Position numbers and translations under genes: made by a program
Shown here: positions 1-9,321 of the stretch, in pieces
How the letters are laid out: each line of letters starts with the position of its first letter
Numbering within the stretch: position 1 is the first letter of the stretch
The notes under the pieces: model-generated
What the model was told of the DNA's origin: nothing
Databases searched by the model: none
Seen by the model: the letters and a program-made list of their open reading frames with translations, nothing else
DNA from: Trueperaceae bacterium
GTDB taxonomy: Bacteria; Deinococcota; Deinococci; Deinococcales; Trueperaceae
DNA length: 64,000 nucleotides
Assembly (NCBI GenBank): GCA_965215565.1
Contig: CBDCDZ010000004.1
Coordinates: 3,872,001-3,936,000, forward strand
Direction: 5' to 3'

Positions 1-59
1 GCTGCTAGAAAGATGCTCAGCAGCGCACCCAAGAAGCGGCGGAGGAGAAAAGCGAGCAT
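1..59 (-). CDS. Peptide/nickel ABC transporter permease, N-terminal fragment (runs off the window start)
   Basis: ATG at 59 reads MLAFLLRRFLGALLSIFLA, a typical DppB/OppB start; lies downstream of a family 5 binding protein on the same strand. Confidence 0.7.
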   Translation of the reverse strand, partial: MLAFLLRRFLGALLSIFLA

Positions 60-199
60 GTTAAGAGGCTAGGATGAAATGCTCGAGACTAAAGAGGTCA
101 GTCGAATGGCAGAACGCAGAAGAAAGAGGTAGGTTCATATTCTCCCTTACGCATTCTGTAGTCTGCCAACACCCGCCTGAACCCATAGCCTTCTAGCCT

Positions 200-1690
200 C
201 TAATTCCCTGACTTATACACTTCCGTCATGTCGATCGACACGATAGGCTGGTCCGTCCAGAAACCGTACAGGTTTTGCCGCGTGGCGATGAGCGAGTCGG
301 GGTTGAAAATCCAGACCGAGGCGGCGTCGTCCGCGATGGTGCGGGCGACTTCCTGGTAGAGCGTGTTGCGCTCCTCTTCGCTGGTGGCACTCTCGGCTTG
401 TTCAACGAGCGTTTGTACCTCGGGGTTGTCGTAGCCGAAGTAGTAGTCGGGGTTCGCATAGACGCCGATGTCGCGGGGTTCGGAGTGCCCAATGATGGTC
501 ATGTCGTAGTCGCGGTTGGAGAAGATGCGCTCCAACCAAGTCGTCCACTCCACCACGCTCAAATCCACTTCGATGCCCGCTTCGCTGAGCTGCTGCGCGA
601 TGACCTCTCCGGCGCGGCGCTCGATGTTGTAGGGTTCGGGGAGTTCGAAGCTGACCTGCAGACCGTCGCCGTAACCCGCTTCCTCGAGGAGCCGCTGCGC
701 CTCTTCGGGATCATAGGGATACGGGTCCACGTCCACAAAATAAGGCTCGATAGGGCTCGCGAACGTGCTGATGGCGGTGCCGAAACCGAAGTTCGCGCCC
801 TCCACGATGACGCTCTTATCGATCGCGTGAGAGATTGCCTGGCGCACGAGCGGGTCATCGAACGGCTCCCGCGTACCGTTGAGCGCAACCGTGACCTCGG
901 TGGTGTTGCTTCCCGTCGAGAGCTTGAGGTCGGGATTGTCTTGTGCTTGGATGGCGCTCTCGGGCGGCAGCGCGACGCCGATCATATCGATGTCGCCGGC
1001 TTGCAAGGCGGCGAAGCGGGCGTTGGCGTCGCCTATGATGCGAAACGTGACTGCGTCTAAGTATGGGGTGTCGGGGAGATAGTAGTCGTCAAACCTCTCC
1101 AAGCGGACTTGGCTTCCCGGAATCCACTCCACGAAGCGGAAGGGTCCGGTGCCGACGGGGTCGTTGCGCTGCGTTTCGGCTGTGCCTGCGGGGTAGATGA
1201 TGGAATCGGCGCGCGCGAGGTTGAAGAGCAGCCCCGAAGTCGGCTCGCTCAGTGTCAGCGTGACCTCGTTGCCCTCGGCGCTCACCTCTTCGATGGCTTC
1301 GTAGTATTCGGGATGTGGATGACCGGACTCGGGGTCCATAAAGCGTTCGAACTGCGCCAGGACATCCTCCGCTGTAAAGTCGCTGCCGTCGTGAAATTTG
1401 ATGCCCTCGCGCAACCTGAACGTCCAGGTGAGACCGTCTTCGGAGACCTGGTAAGATTCTGCTAGAGCCGGAACGATGTCGCCGCTCTGGTCCACGCGCA
1501 CCAAACCCTCGTAGACGTTGTGGTACATGACCCTCGAGATTTCCTGCGAGGGCGAGACCGTCGGGTCCCAGCCGGGCGGCTCGGCGGCGATGGAGACGAC
1601 GGCTTCACCGCCGGGGGTGGGCGGCGGATCATCCTGCGCGAACGCGAAGCCTAGAGAAAGGCATAGGAGAATCGGTATGAACTTTTTCAT
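200..1690 (-). CDS. ABC transporter substrate-binding protein, family 5 (DppA/OppA-like)
   Basis: Signal peptide; VYEGLV..IVPALAES..TWTFRLREGIKFHDGS and PVGTGPF motifs. Confidence 0.93.
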   Translation of the reverse strand: MKKFIPILLCLSLGFAFAQDDPPPTPGGEAVVSIAAEPPGWDPTVSPSQEISRVMYHNVYEGLVRVDQSGDIVPALAESYQVSEDGLTWTFRLREGIKFHDGSDFTAEDVLAQFERFMDPESGHPHPEYYEAIEEVSAEGNEVTLTLSEPTSGLLFNLARADSIIYPAGTAETQRNDPVGTGPFRFVEWIPGSQVRLERFDDYYLPDTPYLDAVTFRIIGDANARFAALQAGDIDMIGVALPPESAIQAQDNPDLKLSTGSNTTEVTVALNGTREPFDDPLVRQAISHAIDKSVIVEGANFGFGTAISTFASPIEPYFVDVDPYPYDPEEAQRLLEEAGYGDGLQVSFELPEPYNIERRAGEVIAQQLSEAGIEVDLSVVEWTTWLERIFSNRDYDMTIIGHSEPRDIGVYANPDYYFGYDNPEVQTLVEQAESATSEEERNTLYQEVARTIADDAASVWIFNPDSLIATRQNLYGFWTDQPIVSIDMTEVYKSGN

Positions 1691-1694
1691 GAGG

Positions 1695-2942
1695 TTATTC
1701 TACCGCGTTCTCACCTAAAAAGGTAATAGCGCTCGCCGCGTAGAGCTTCGCGGCTTTCATAATTTCTTCAGTCTCCACAAACTCGTCGCGCTGATGCGGG
1801 ATGGTGCGGTCGCCCGGTCCTACCGTGACGATGGGTACGCCCGCGAGGTGTAAAAAGGTGCCGTCCGTCGCGCCGGGAACGCCGCCGTATCGAGGTGCAC
1901 TTTCCATAACGAGGGGATAGGCTCGCTCCATCGCCTTAACGAGCGGGTCGTCTTCGGGCGTTTGCGTGGCGGGGCGCGACTCGAAGAGGTCCACGGCGAC
2001 GCTCAAACGTGAATCTCTTTGGCTGACCTCTTCCGCTATCTTGTGCAGCTTACCTAAGAGGTCGTCGTGGTCTTGCCCCGGCAGCGTGCGAATATCGAGC
2101 GCTAAGGAGGCGCGTTCGGGCATGACGTTCAGTTGCGCCTCGCCGCTCGTGGGTGCGTCCACAATCGTCGGGGTGAACCAGGGGAGACCCAAATAGGGGT
2201 GCTCGCCCCAGCGGGACTGCTCGAGCCCCTCCAATTCCTCCACCTTCCCGATGATTTCCGCTAACGCCGTGATCGGGTTGACGCCCGCGTAGGGCATCGC
2301 GCCGTGCGCCATGACGCCTTGCACCTCCACAACTACGCGCATCGCACCTTTCTGAAAGAGGCACAGCTCGTTCTCTTCAGGTTCACAGACGATAGCGCCG
2401 TCCACCTCTCTCGCCCAGCCCCGTTCTATGAAGTGCTTGATGCCCGCCATCATACCCTCTTCGTCTACGACGAAGCCCAAGCGGATGCGCCCGGCCAAGT
2501 CCGGCGCGGTTCGCCTCACCGCGTCCAACGCGCAAATCGCCGCCGCGACGCCCGCTTTCATGTCGGCTGCGCCGCGTCCGTAGAGGCGTCCGTCTACAAG
2601 TTGCGCATCGAAAGGGGGGTGTTGCCAACTCGAGCCGTCCCCCACCGTCACCACGTCGGTGTGCCCTTCGAACATCAGAGTTTTGTGTTTTTTCGGGTCA
2701 AAACCCAGACCCTGCCAGTCGCAGATGAGGTTGGGGCGTCCGGGGATGACCTCTTCTAAGGTGGGCGCTAGTCCCAACTCCCGCAAGACGTTGGCAAGGT
2801 AGAGCGCCACGCCCTGCTCGCTGCCGCCCGCGTCCAACTCAACCACACTGCGGATGCGTACGAGTTCTTGGGTGAGCGTGACGACACGTTTAAGATCAAC
2901 GGCGTCGGCGGCGCGTTGGGCTAAAGAGGTCACGTCCACCAT
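1695..2942 (-). CDS. M20 family metallopeptidase/deacylase (ArgE/DapE-like)
   Basis: GHTDVV, GRGAADMK, DEE, CEP and C-terminal H..DE metal-binding motifs. Confidence 0.92.
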   Translation of the reverse strand: MVDVTSLAQRAADAVDLKRVVTLTQELVRIRSVVELDAGGSEQGVALYLANVLRELGLAPTLEEVIPGRPNLICDWQGLGFDPKKHKTLMFEGHTDVVTVGDGSSWQHPPFDAQLVDGRLYGRGAADMKAGVAAAICALDAVRRTAPDLAGRIRLGFVVDEEGMMAGIKHFIERGWAREVDGAIVCEPEENELCLFQKGAMRVVVEVQGVMAHGAMPYAGVNPITALAEIIGKVEELEGLEQSRWGEHPYLGLPWFTPTIVDAPTSGEAQLNVMPERASLALDIRTLPGQDHDDLLGKLHKIAEEVSQRDSRLSVAVDLFESRPATQTPEDDPLVKAMERAYPLVMESAPRYGGVPGATDGTFLHLAGVPIVTVGPGDRTIPHQRDEFVETEEIMKAAKLYAASAITFLGENAVE

Positions 2943-3724
2943 TACGTTAAGGGCGGCACGTAGCGCCCGTCTACCGCCGTCCAGCCGCCGTCTACGAAGA
3001 GCAGCGTCCCGGTTACAAAAGACGCCGCCTCGCTCGCTAGGAAGACCACCGCGCCCACCATCTCGCTAGGTTGCGCCCAGCGTCCTAATGCGCCTTTTTG
3101 CGCGTAGGCGTCGTACCACTCGGGCTGCGCTTTAATCTGTTCCGTAAGAGGTGTCTCTACAACGCCCGGCGCGATCGCGTTGACGCGCACGCCCATCACG
3201 CCGAGTTCGGCGGCTAAGGTCTTGACCATCTGCACCGTGCCCGCTTTCGTCGCGGCGTAGATGCTCTGCCCCGGCTCCACGACGTGCGAGCGGATGGACG
3301 AGAAGAGGATGATGCTTCCCTTTCCTTGCGCCATCATCTTTTTGCCCGCTTCCTGCATGGCGAAGAAGCTGCCTTTGAGGTTTAAGCTCACGACTTTGTC
3401 GAAGTCGGCTTCAGTGTACTCGAGCAGCCTCTTCCTCACGTTCACCGAAGGTGTGCAGACGAGCACATCTAGGGTGCCAAATCGAGCGAAGAGGTCTTGG
3501 ACGCTCCCTTGCTCGGTGAGGTTGACGGAGAACGCTTTCGCCGTTCCGCCCGCTTCACGAATCGTGGTCGCCGTCCCCTGCGCTTTCTCCTCATCTAAGT
3601 CCGCGCAGATAACCTCCGCGCCGAACGCCCCCAATCCCTGCGCCGCCGCCTCACCGATGCCCGAGCCCGCGCCGATGACGAGCGCGCGTTTGCCGCTCAA
3701 GTCGAAGAGGTCCGCGTAGTTCAT
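2942..3724 (-). CDS. SDR family NAD(P)-dependent oxidoreductase
   Basis: GAGSGIG, YAATK, RVNAIAPG and VDGG motifs. Confidence 0.93.
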   Translation of the reverse strand: MNYADLFDLSGKRALVIGAGSGIGEAAAQGLGAFGAEVICADLDEEKAQGTATTIREAGGTAKAFSVNLTEQGSVQDLFARFGTLDVLVCTPSVNVRKRLLEYTEADFDKVVSLNLKGSFFAMQEAGKKMMAQGKGSIILFSSIRSHVVEPGQSIYAATKAGTVQMVKTLAAELGVMGVRVNAIAPGVVETPLTEQIKAQPEWYDAYAQKGALGRWAQPSEMVGAVVFLASEAASFVTGTLLFVDGGWTAVDGRYVPPLT

Positions 3725-5547
3725 CCCGCGTACTTATCCACTAACGCCTCGTACTGATCTACGCGCGCCGCCGTGATCTTCAGGCTCTCCCGCCAAAAGT
3801 CCGCGCTTTCGATGTCGATGCCGAACCCTCTAGCCAAGGGCGCGGCGTCCGCCATGCCGGTGCTCGCCAGGAGTTCGTTATAGCGCGCGTGCCAACCGTT
3901 TGGGTTGTCTCTATATTGCGCGTAAAGCCCCAAGCCGAAGAGGTAGCCGAAGGTATAGGGGAAGTTGTAGAAGCTCAGCCCGGTGCTGTAGTAGTGTCCT
4001 TTGTTCGCCCAGGCGAGCGGGTGGCGGGCGTTTTCGGCTAAGGCGTCGCCGTAAGTCGCGGCTTGCGCGTCCAGCATGATGCCCTTGAATTCATCAATGG
4101 AAAGCTCGCGCTCTTTACGCTTCTCGAAAACGGTGCTTTCGAAGATGAATCTCGAGTGAATATCCACCACTAACCCGGCTGCGCCCAAGAGGTCTTGCTC
4201 TAAAATCGCCAGCGTCTCCGCCTCGTCCGCCCCCTCCAACATCGCGTTGGTGACGATGGTCTCACAAAAGATGCTGGCGGTCTCGGCCAGCGTCATCGGC
4301 ATTCCGTACTGCAAAGCGGTGCGTTCAAAAGCGTAGCACTGATGGTTGTGATAGGCGTGCCCGAGTTCATGTGCCAGCGTGAAGATGTCGTCGAGCTGAG
4401 CGCCGAAATTCAGCATGATGCGCGACTCGTTGACGCCTAAAATCGGCATACAGAAGCCGCCGTTGCGCTTGCCCTTGCGCGGTGGCACGTCGATCCAACG
4501 CTCATCAAAACTCCTTTGGGCGAAGTCGGCTAACTCGCCACTATAGCGCCCGAAGTTCTCCTGCACGAACGCGGTGGCGTCGTCCCACGTGTAGGTGCGC
4601 GGCTCGCCGACGCTCACAGGCGCGTTTAGGTCGTACCAGGCGAGCGCGTCCTTACCTAAGAATTTGGCTTTGGCTCGGTAGTAGCGCCGAAAGACAGGGA
4701 AATGCTCCTCGCAGGCGCGCTGCATCGCCTCTAAACTTTGACGCGAAATCGCGTTGTTGAAGAGCGCCTCGTCCAACGGGCTCGCCCAACCTCTTCGCTC
4801 GCTGACCTCATTGACGTGTCCCTTGATAGAGTTCATCGCCGCCGCAAAGGAGACCGTATTGCGCTCTAAAAGCTCTAGCTCCGCCTCATACGCCGCTTTG
4901 CGCAGTTCGGGGTCGCGCTCAGCTTGCAGGATTTTAAGCTCCGAAATGGGGTATTCGGCTTCCTCTCGTCCCGGCAGCGTCTTCGCAATCGTGTGACGGC
5001 TGATGAGGTCGGTGTGCAGCTTGCCCCACGCGCCGCCGCTGCTCGGTCCAAGCGCTGAGACGAGCGCTTCGGCTTCGTCGCCCATGAGGTGTTTCGCTTC
5101 GTACTTGCTCCGTTTGATGAAGTGCGCGTGCGCTTGAGCCAGTTCCGAAGCGCCGCTTAGCCTCTCCGGGTCGAAAGAGCCGAGCCACGCGGTGAAGCGC
5201 TTCTCGAGCACCCCTAACCGGCTCCCCAACGGCTGCAACGCTGAGGTCTCCGCCTGAGCGCGGTCATTGAAGGCGTCCGTAGCGGTGAAGCCAAGAAGAT
5301 AGGTGCGCACCGTGTAGAACTGTGTATAGAGGTCGTTCACTTGCGCGATAAGTTCGTCCAAAACCGCTCTGGTCTCGTCACTCACGTGTGCGTCCTCGAG
5401 CGAACGCACCCCGTGCTCGTCCATGAAGTTCTCCAACGCCTCTAACTTATTTTTCACCTCGGCTTTGGCGTTGGCGTATTCAGGGCTGTCCAGTCCTGGA
5501 AAGATGGATTCTAGCTGCCAGTGGGGGAGGGTCTGTGTTTGCGCCAT
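3721..5547 (-). CDS. M3B family oligoendopeptidase F
   Basis: TLAHELGHAYH zinc motif, LAETAS, FYNFPYTFG. Start set at ATG 5547 (MAQTQTLPHW), which has TAGAGT 5 nt upstream; the ORF track extends to 5622. Confidence 0.9.
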   Translation of the reverse strand: MAQTQTLPHWQLESIFPGLDSPEYANAKAEVKNKLEALENFMDEHGVRSLEDAHVSDETRAVLDELIAQVNDLYTQFYTVRTYLLGFTATDAFNDRAQAETSALQPLGSRLGVLEKRFTAWLGSFDPERLSGASELAQAHAHFIKRSKYEAKHLMGDEAEALVSALGPSSGGAWGKLHTDLISRHTIAKTLPGREEAEYPISELKILQAERDPELRKAAYEAELELLERNTVSFAAAMNSIKGHVNEVSERRGWASPLDEALFNNAISRQSLEAMQRACEEHFPVFRRYYRAKAKFLGKDALAWYDLNAPVSVGEPRTYTWDDATAFVQENFGRYSGELADFAQRSFDERWIDVPPRKGKRNGGFCMPILGVNESRIMLNFGAQLDDIFTLAHELGHAYHNHQCYAFERTALQYGMPMTLAETASIFCETIVTNAMLEGADEAETLAILEQDLLGAAGLVVDIHSRFIFESTVFEKRKERELSIDEFKGIMLDAQAATYGDALAENARHPLAWANKGHYYSTGLSFYNFPYTFGYLFGLGLYAQYRDNPNGWHARYNELLASTGMADAAPLARGFGIDIESADFWRESLKITAARVDQYEALVDKYAG

Positions 5548-5738
5548 AGGGTACTCTACTACGCAGTTCTCGGGGGCACGCCGTTGTTTGGGTGGAGGAA
5601 GAGATTGCTCATGGATAAGCAAAGAGGTGACTCGAGCCTCACCGTCTTATCTCCTGACTTTACTTCTTGCGAAGCAGCGGCGCGTAGCGCAAGGGTCAAC
5701 AGAATAGGTTGGTGGAAGCGGTATGAAGTAGGAATGAA

Positions 5739-5780
5739 GAGGTGAGCATAGGGGTCGCTTCTGACCCCTATGCTCACCTC
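5739..5780 (-). terminator. Perfect 18-bp hairpin at the 3' end of the TPR gene
   Basis: GAGGTGAGCATAGGGGTC / GACCCCTATGCTCACCTC. Confidence 0.6.
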
Positions 5781-6642
5781 ACACCAGCCCTTGCGAGCGC
5801 AGCCAGAAAAAGAGCAGCGCTGCGCCCAGCACATAGAGCGTGTAGCGTAAGCTGCGTCCGTTCAGGCGTCCTATACGCCCGTTCAAGCTCGAGAGCGTCC
5901 GCCTCGCCTCCTCCGCTTCCTGGCGGCGCTGCACTTTCTGTGCGCGGCGGATCGAGCGGACGCTTCTGTCGATTTGCCCTTTGCGGCGGTACGCCACGCC
6001 CAAGTTATGGTGAGCGTTGGCGAAGTCTTCGTCCAAACGCAGCGCCGCTTCGTAGGCGGTGATGGCGTCGTCCACGCGGTTTTCCTCTAACGCGACGTTA
6101 CCCAAGTTCGTGAGCGCGCGGTAGTGCTTGGGGTCGCGCGCGAGCGCCTCCTCGAACGAACGTTTGGCGCGCCCGGAGTCGCCCACGAGGATGTGCGCCG
6201 TGCCGCGCTGCGTCTCGGCTTCGGCGCGTAGGAGGGGCGTGCTGACCTCTTGTAGACGTTCCAAAGCCGCCTCAACTTCGCGCCTGTCGAGGTGTTTGTT
6301 CGCGGTCTCGAGCCTCCCGATGTCCCGCTTGACCTCTTCCCAACGTGACAGTTCGGCGACGTGCTCCGGGGGCGCTTCGACCCCCGCTAGGGCGCGTTGC
6401 GCTTTCGCCCACCGCTTCGCCCGCACGCAAAAGCGCACCTCGCTGAGCGCCCTGAGCGCCTCGAGCACCTCTTCACTGGGCGTTTGAGCGGTCTTGTAGT
6501 GGCGCAGCGCGGCGGCAGCGTCGCCTGCCTCTAGGTAGGTGCGCCAGTCCTCGGAGGGTGCTGCGGCGCTGACTTGCGCGTTTGTTGAGGGTGCTGACGT
6601 TTGGGGTGCTGAGGGCGTGTCGGCTCGAGTCTCTGGTTCCAC
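5779..6642 (-). CDS. Tetratricopeptide repeat protein with C-terminal membrane anchor
   Basis: TPR motifs (ALTNLGNV, AHHNLGVAY), hydrophobic C-terminus, TATACT 6 nt before the GTG start. Confidence 0.88.
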   Translation of the reverse strand: MEPETRADTPSAPQTSAPSTNAQVSAAAPSEDWRTYLEAGDAAAALRHYKTAQTPSEEVLEALRALSEVRFCVRAKRWAKAQRALAGVEAPPEHVAELSRWEEVKRDIGRLETANKHLDRREVEAALERLQEVSTPLLRAEAETQRGTAHILVGDSGRAKRSFEEALARDPKHYRALTNLGNVALEENRVDDAITAYEAALRLDEDFANAHHNLGVAYRRKGQIDRSVRSIRRAQKVQRRQEAEEARRTLSSLNGRIGRLNGRSLRYTLYVLGAALLFFWLRSQGLV

Positions 6643-6657
6643 CGCCTCAGTATAATG

Positions 6658-6789
6658 TAGCAGGTATCATCTGGTCAGCTACACCCTTACTAAAGAGAAC
6701 ATCGCCTAGCACGCACTTTCAGGGATGATATCTGCGGAGAAGTGTTGCTTCGCATGACTTCGTTCAAGTAACGGTAAGTGGAACCGCTA
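6658..6789 (+). repeat. Dispersed repeat family A, copy 1 (MITE-like)
   Basis: TAGCAGGTATCATCTGGTCAG...AGCACGCAC...GGGATGATATCTGC...GTGGAACCGCTA. Confidence 0.85.
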
Positions 6790-7062
6790 TAGACTTCTTG
6801 CGAACGTGGGGTTGGGCTCTCTTCAGCCGAAGAAGCAGCGCTTTTGCGAGTTTAGTGAGAAAAACCTCTCTAGCACGTTTTTTGCCCTATTTCCTCCCCC
6901 TTCACCGACGCTTTACTAGTTTGGTGTCATCCTTAATGTTAGGGGGTTTAGGATGGAAGAGTTTTGCGCGGGTCCGAGTCTACCTCAAGTCGCCCATGCC
7001 GAGCGGTCAAATTTGTTTGTGGGCGCAGCCGTACTCGCCAACCCCACGGACGGGTAGTCCTA
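6790..7062. mobile_element. Putative miniature inverted-repeat element D (single copy in window)
   Basis: Inverted CGTGGGGTTGG (6805-6815) / CCAACCCCACG (7038-7048) near TATAG...CTATA ends. Confidence 0.45.
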
Positions 7063-7158
7063 TAGGCCAAAAGCGCACTGCTTTACGTGGCTTCGCGCGT
7101 TGGGGGCGTATACTTGAAAGACTACGGCGACTGGACCCAGCGCCCATCTGGAGGAATT

Positions 7159-8508
7159 ATGAAACGTCGATGGCTCATGCTCACGCTCGCAGTGCTGAGT
7201 ATCTCGGTGCTCGTGAGCGCTCAGTTTTCCCGCGACTTCTCCGAGGACTTTTTGGAAAACTCGGCGGGGCGCGCCTTTTTACAGACTTACGGCGCGCTCA
7301 AGTCGAACTACCTCAATGACGTTGAGGACGAAGCGCTCATTCAGGGTGCAATCGAGGGGATGTTGGAGTCCTTAGAGGACCCCTACACGAGCTACGCCAC
7401 GCCTGACCAGGCTGCTAGAGAGGTGCAAGACCGCAGCGGCTCGTTTGAGGGCATCGGCGCAGTGCTCCAGCCGCGCAACCGCGCGGACAACACCGTCGTC
7501 GAGATCGTGAACGTCTACCGGGGCGGTCCCGCTTCGCAAGCGGGCGTGTTGCGCGGTGACGTGTTCGTGAGCGTGGACGGCACCAACGTCGAGGACTTCA
7601 CCACGGACGAAATCGTCGACTTAGTGCGCGGACCCGCCGGTACGGAGGTCAACATCGGCTTCCGCCGCGCCGGGGAAGAGGAGCCTGTCGTGCTCAGTAT
7701 GACGCGGGGCAAGATCGACATCATCAGCGTCGAGTCCACCGTCTTGCCGAACAACGTCGGCTACGTCAGCATCAGCACCTTCGCCAACCAGCGCGTGTAC
7801 GAACAGCTCGCTGAACAGCTCGACGCGCTCAGGACGCAGGGCGTCACCTCCTTGGTGCTCGACTTGCGCAACAACGGCGGCGGTCTTTTAGACCAGGGCA
7901 TCCGCGTCGCAGACGAGTTTCTTTCCGACGGCGACATCGTCTACCAGCGCGCGCGCGGCGTTACGCAGCGCCTCGCCACGGCCGACCCCGAGTTCTTCGA
8001 CTTGCCGATGGTGGTCCTGGTCAACGGCAACTCCGCCTCCGCCTCGGAGATCGTCGCGGGCGCACTTCAGGACAACGGGCGCGCGCAGGTCATCGGCGAG
8101 GAGACCTTCGGCAAGGGCGTCGGGCAGAGCGTCGTCTCGCTGACCGACGGCGGACAGCTCGTCTACAAGTCCTTCGAGTGGCTTACGCCCGACAGACGCT
8201 CCATCGATCAGCAGGGCATCGTTCCCGACATCAAGGTTGAAGACACGCTCATCCCGAACGTCATCACCTTGGAGGGTCAGGGCGCGGAGCCCGGACAAGA
8301 GGTTGAAATCTCGATAGGCGGCGAGGTCATCGGCTCCGCCCAAGCGGACGAGGACGGCGCGTTCACCTTTTTCCAGCCCGTCGAGCGCCCCGAAGCGAGC
8401 GACGTGCAGGGCGAAGCGCTCGTGAACCTAGAGGCGGACAACGCCCTGCAAGTCGCTTACGACACCGTGTTGAGCGTCGCAGCGCAAGCGCAGAGTACAG
8501 CTCAGTAG
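7159..8508 (+). CDS. S41A carboxyl-terminal processing protease (CtpA/Prc-like)
   Basis: Signal peptide, PDZ domain (GIGAVL), LDLRNNGGG, SASASEIVAGALQD, TFGKG; GGAGG SD before ATG 7159. Confidence 0.93.
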   Translation: MKRRWLMLTLAVLSISVLVSAQFSRDFSEDFLENSAGRAFLQTYGALKSNYLNDVEDEALIQGAIEGMLESLEDPYTSYATPDQAAREVQDRSGSFEGIGAVLQPRNRADNTVVEIVNVYRGGPASQAGVLRGDVFVSVDGTNVEDFTTDEIVDLVRGPAGTEVNIGFRRAGEEEPVVLSMTRGKIDIISVESTVLPNNVGYVSISTFANQRVYEQLAEQLDALRTQGVTSLVLDLRNNGGGLLDQGIRVADEFLSDGDIVYQRARGVTQRLATADPEFFDLPMVVLVNGNSASASEIVAGALQDNGRAQVIGEETFGKGVGQSVVSLTDGGQLVYKSFEWLTPDRRSIDQQGIVPDIKVEDTLIPNVITLEGQGAEPGQEVEISIGGEVIGSAQADEDGAFTFFQPVERPEASDVQGEALVNLEADNALQVAYDTVLSVAAQAQSTAQ

Positions 8509-8536
8509 AAATCGGTAAACGAGACACGTAGTTAGA

Positions 8537-8573
8537 GAGGAAGGGCAGGCCCTAGCCTGCCCTTCCTCCTTTT
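8537..8573 (+). terminator. Rho-independent terminator
   Basis: 14-bp stem GAGGAAGGGCAGGC/GCCTGCCCTTCCTC followed by CTTTT. Confidence 0.8.
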
Positions 8574-8581
8574 GATTGAGA

Positions 8582-8720
8582 TAGTGGGTTGCCTCGAGAA
8601 TAAGTCAGAGGGTAACTCTATCTGGAGTGACGCCGAGGTCAAAGCAAGGGGCTTCAACCCCTTGTTCAGTACGTTGAGATAAGGGGCACAAAGCAGCATC
8701 TGACTTAGCACTATCCACTA
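8582..8720. repeat. Dispersed repeat family B, copy 1
   Basis: TAGTGG...CCACTA ends; central AGCAAGGGGCTTCAACCCCTTGTT hairpin. Confidence 0.7.
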
Positions 8721-8829
8721 GCAGTTCCACAACATACTGAGACAGTTGAGCGCGGATATCATCCCTTAAAGTGCGTGCTAGACCTCGTTTTACAAAGTGC
8801 GAGTGTCTCTGACCAGATGATACCTGCTA
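8719..8829 (-). repeat. Dispersed repeat family A, copy 2
   Basis: Reverse complement of the family A consensus (CTGACCAGATGATACCTGCTA end). Confidence 0.85.
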
Positions 8830-8921
8830 CACAACCTCTTACCGTCAAAACGGATACCGACTTAGGTAAACCTTTCTCCTTAGGATGCGATATAACGAGC
8901 TAAACCACAAAGGAGACGGAT

Positions 8922-9317
8922 ATGAACCTCTTTCGCACCCTCTTAATTTCCCTTACACTTCTCTTTACCGCCGCCGCGCAGGAGCCGCCACTTAATGGCA
9001 GCTTCGTGGGCGGGGACGACGCGCACCCGGCGGCGGGTAGCTTTCAAATCAGCGTGGACGAGACGGGCAGAACGCTCAGCTTCTCCGAGGATTTCAGCAC
9101 GCGGCGCGGTCCTGACCTCTTCGTGTGGCTGGTGCAAGGTGACGATACCGAAAACCGCTACGTGGTGCAGCGTCTGCAGAGCGCTAGGGGCGCGCAGACC
9201 TACGCCATCCCCGAGGAGGTTGAGCTTTCGGAGTATGACCGCGTATTGGTGTGGTGCCGCGCGTTCGGGGTGCTCTTCGCGACGGGCGAGTTCGGCGGTG
9301 ATGGTGCGGCTGAGTAG
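8922..9317 (+). CDS. Exported DM13 domain protein
   Basis: Signal peptide; GPDLFVWL, GAQTY.IP, VLVWCRAFGVLF; AGGAG SD. Confidence 0.88.
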   Translation: MNLFRTLLISLTLLFTAAAQEPPLNGSFVGGDDAHPAAGSFQISVDETGRTLSFSEDFSTRRGPDLFVWLVQGDDTENRYVVQRLQSARGAQTYAIPEEVELSEYDRVLVWCRAFGVLFATGEFGGDGAAE

Positions 9318-9321
9318 GGCC

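Noticed and set aside
61..200. Imperfect inverted repeats between the binding protein and permease genes
   Set aside because: Consistent with the ordinary mRNA-stabilising hairpin after ABC binding-protein genes; no further copies recognised
6798..7319. 173-aa ORF and extended ctpA start at 7087
   Set aside because: Runs through a probable repeat element; ATG 7159 has an SD and starts a clean signal peptide
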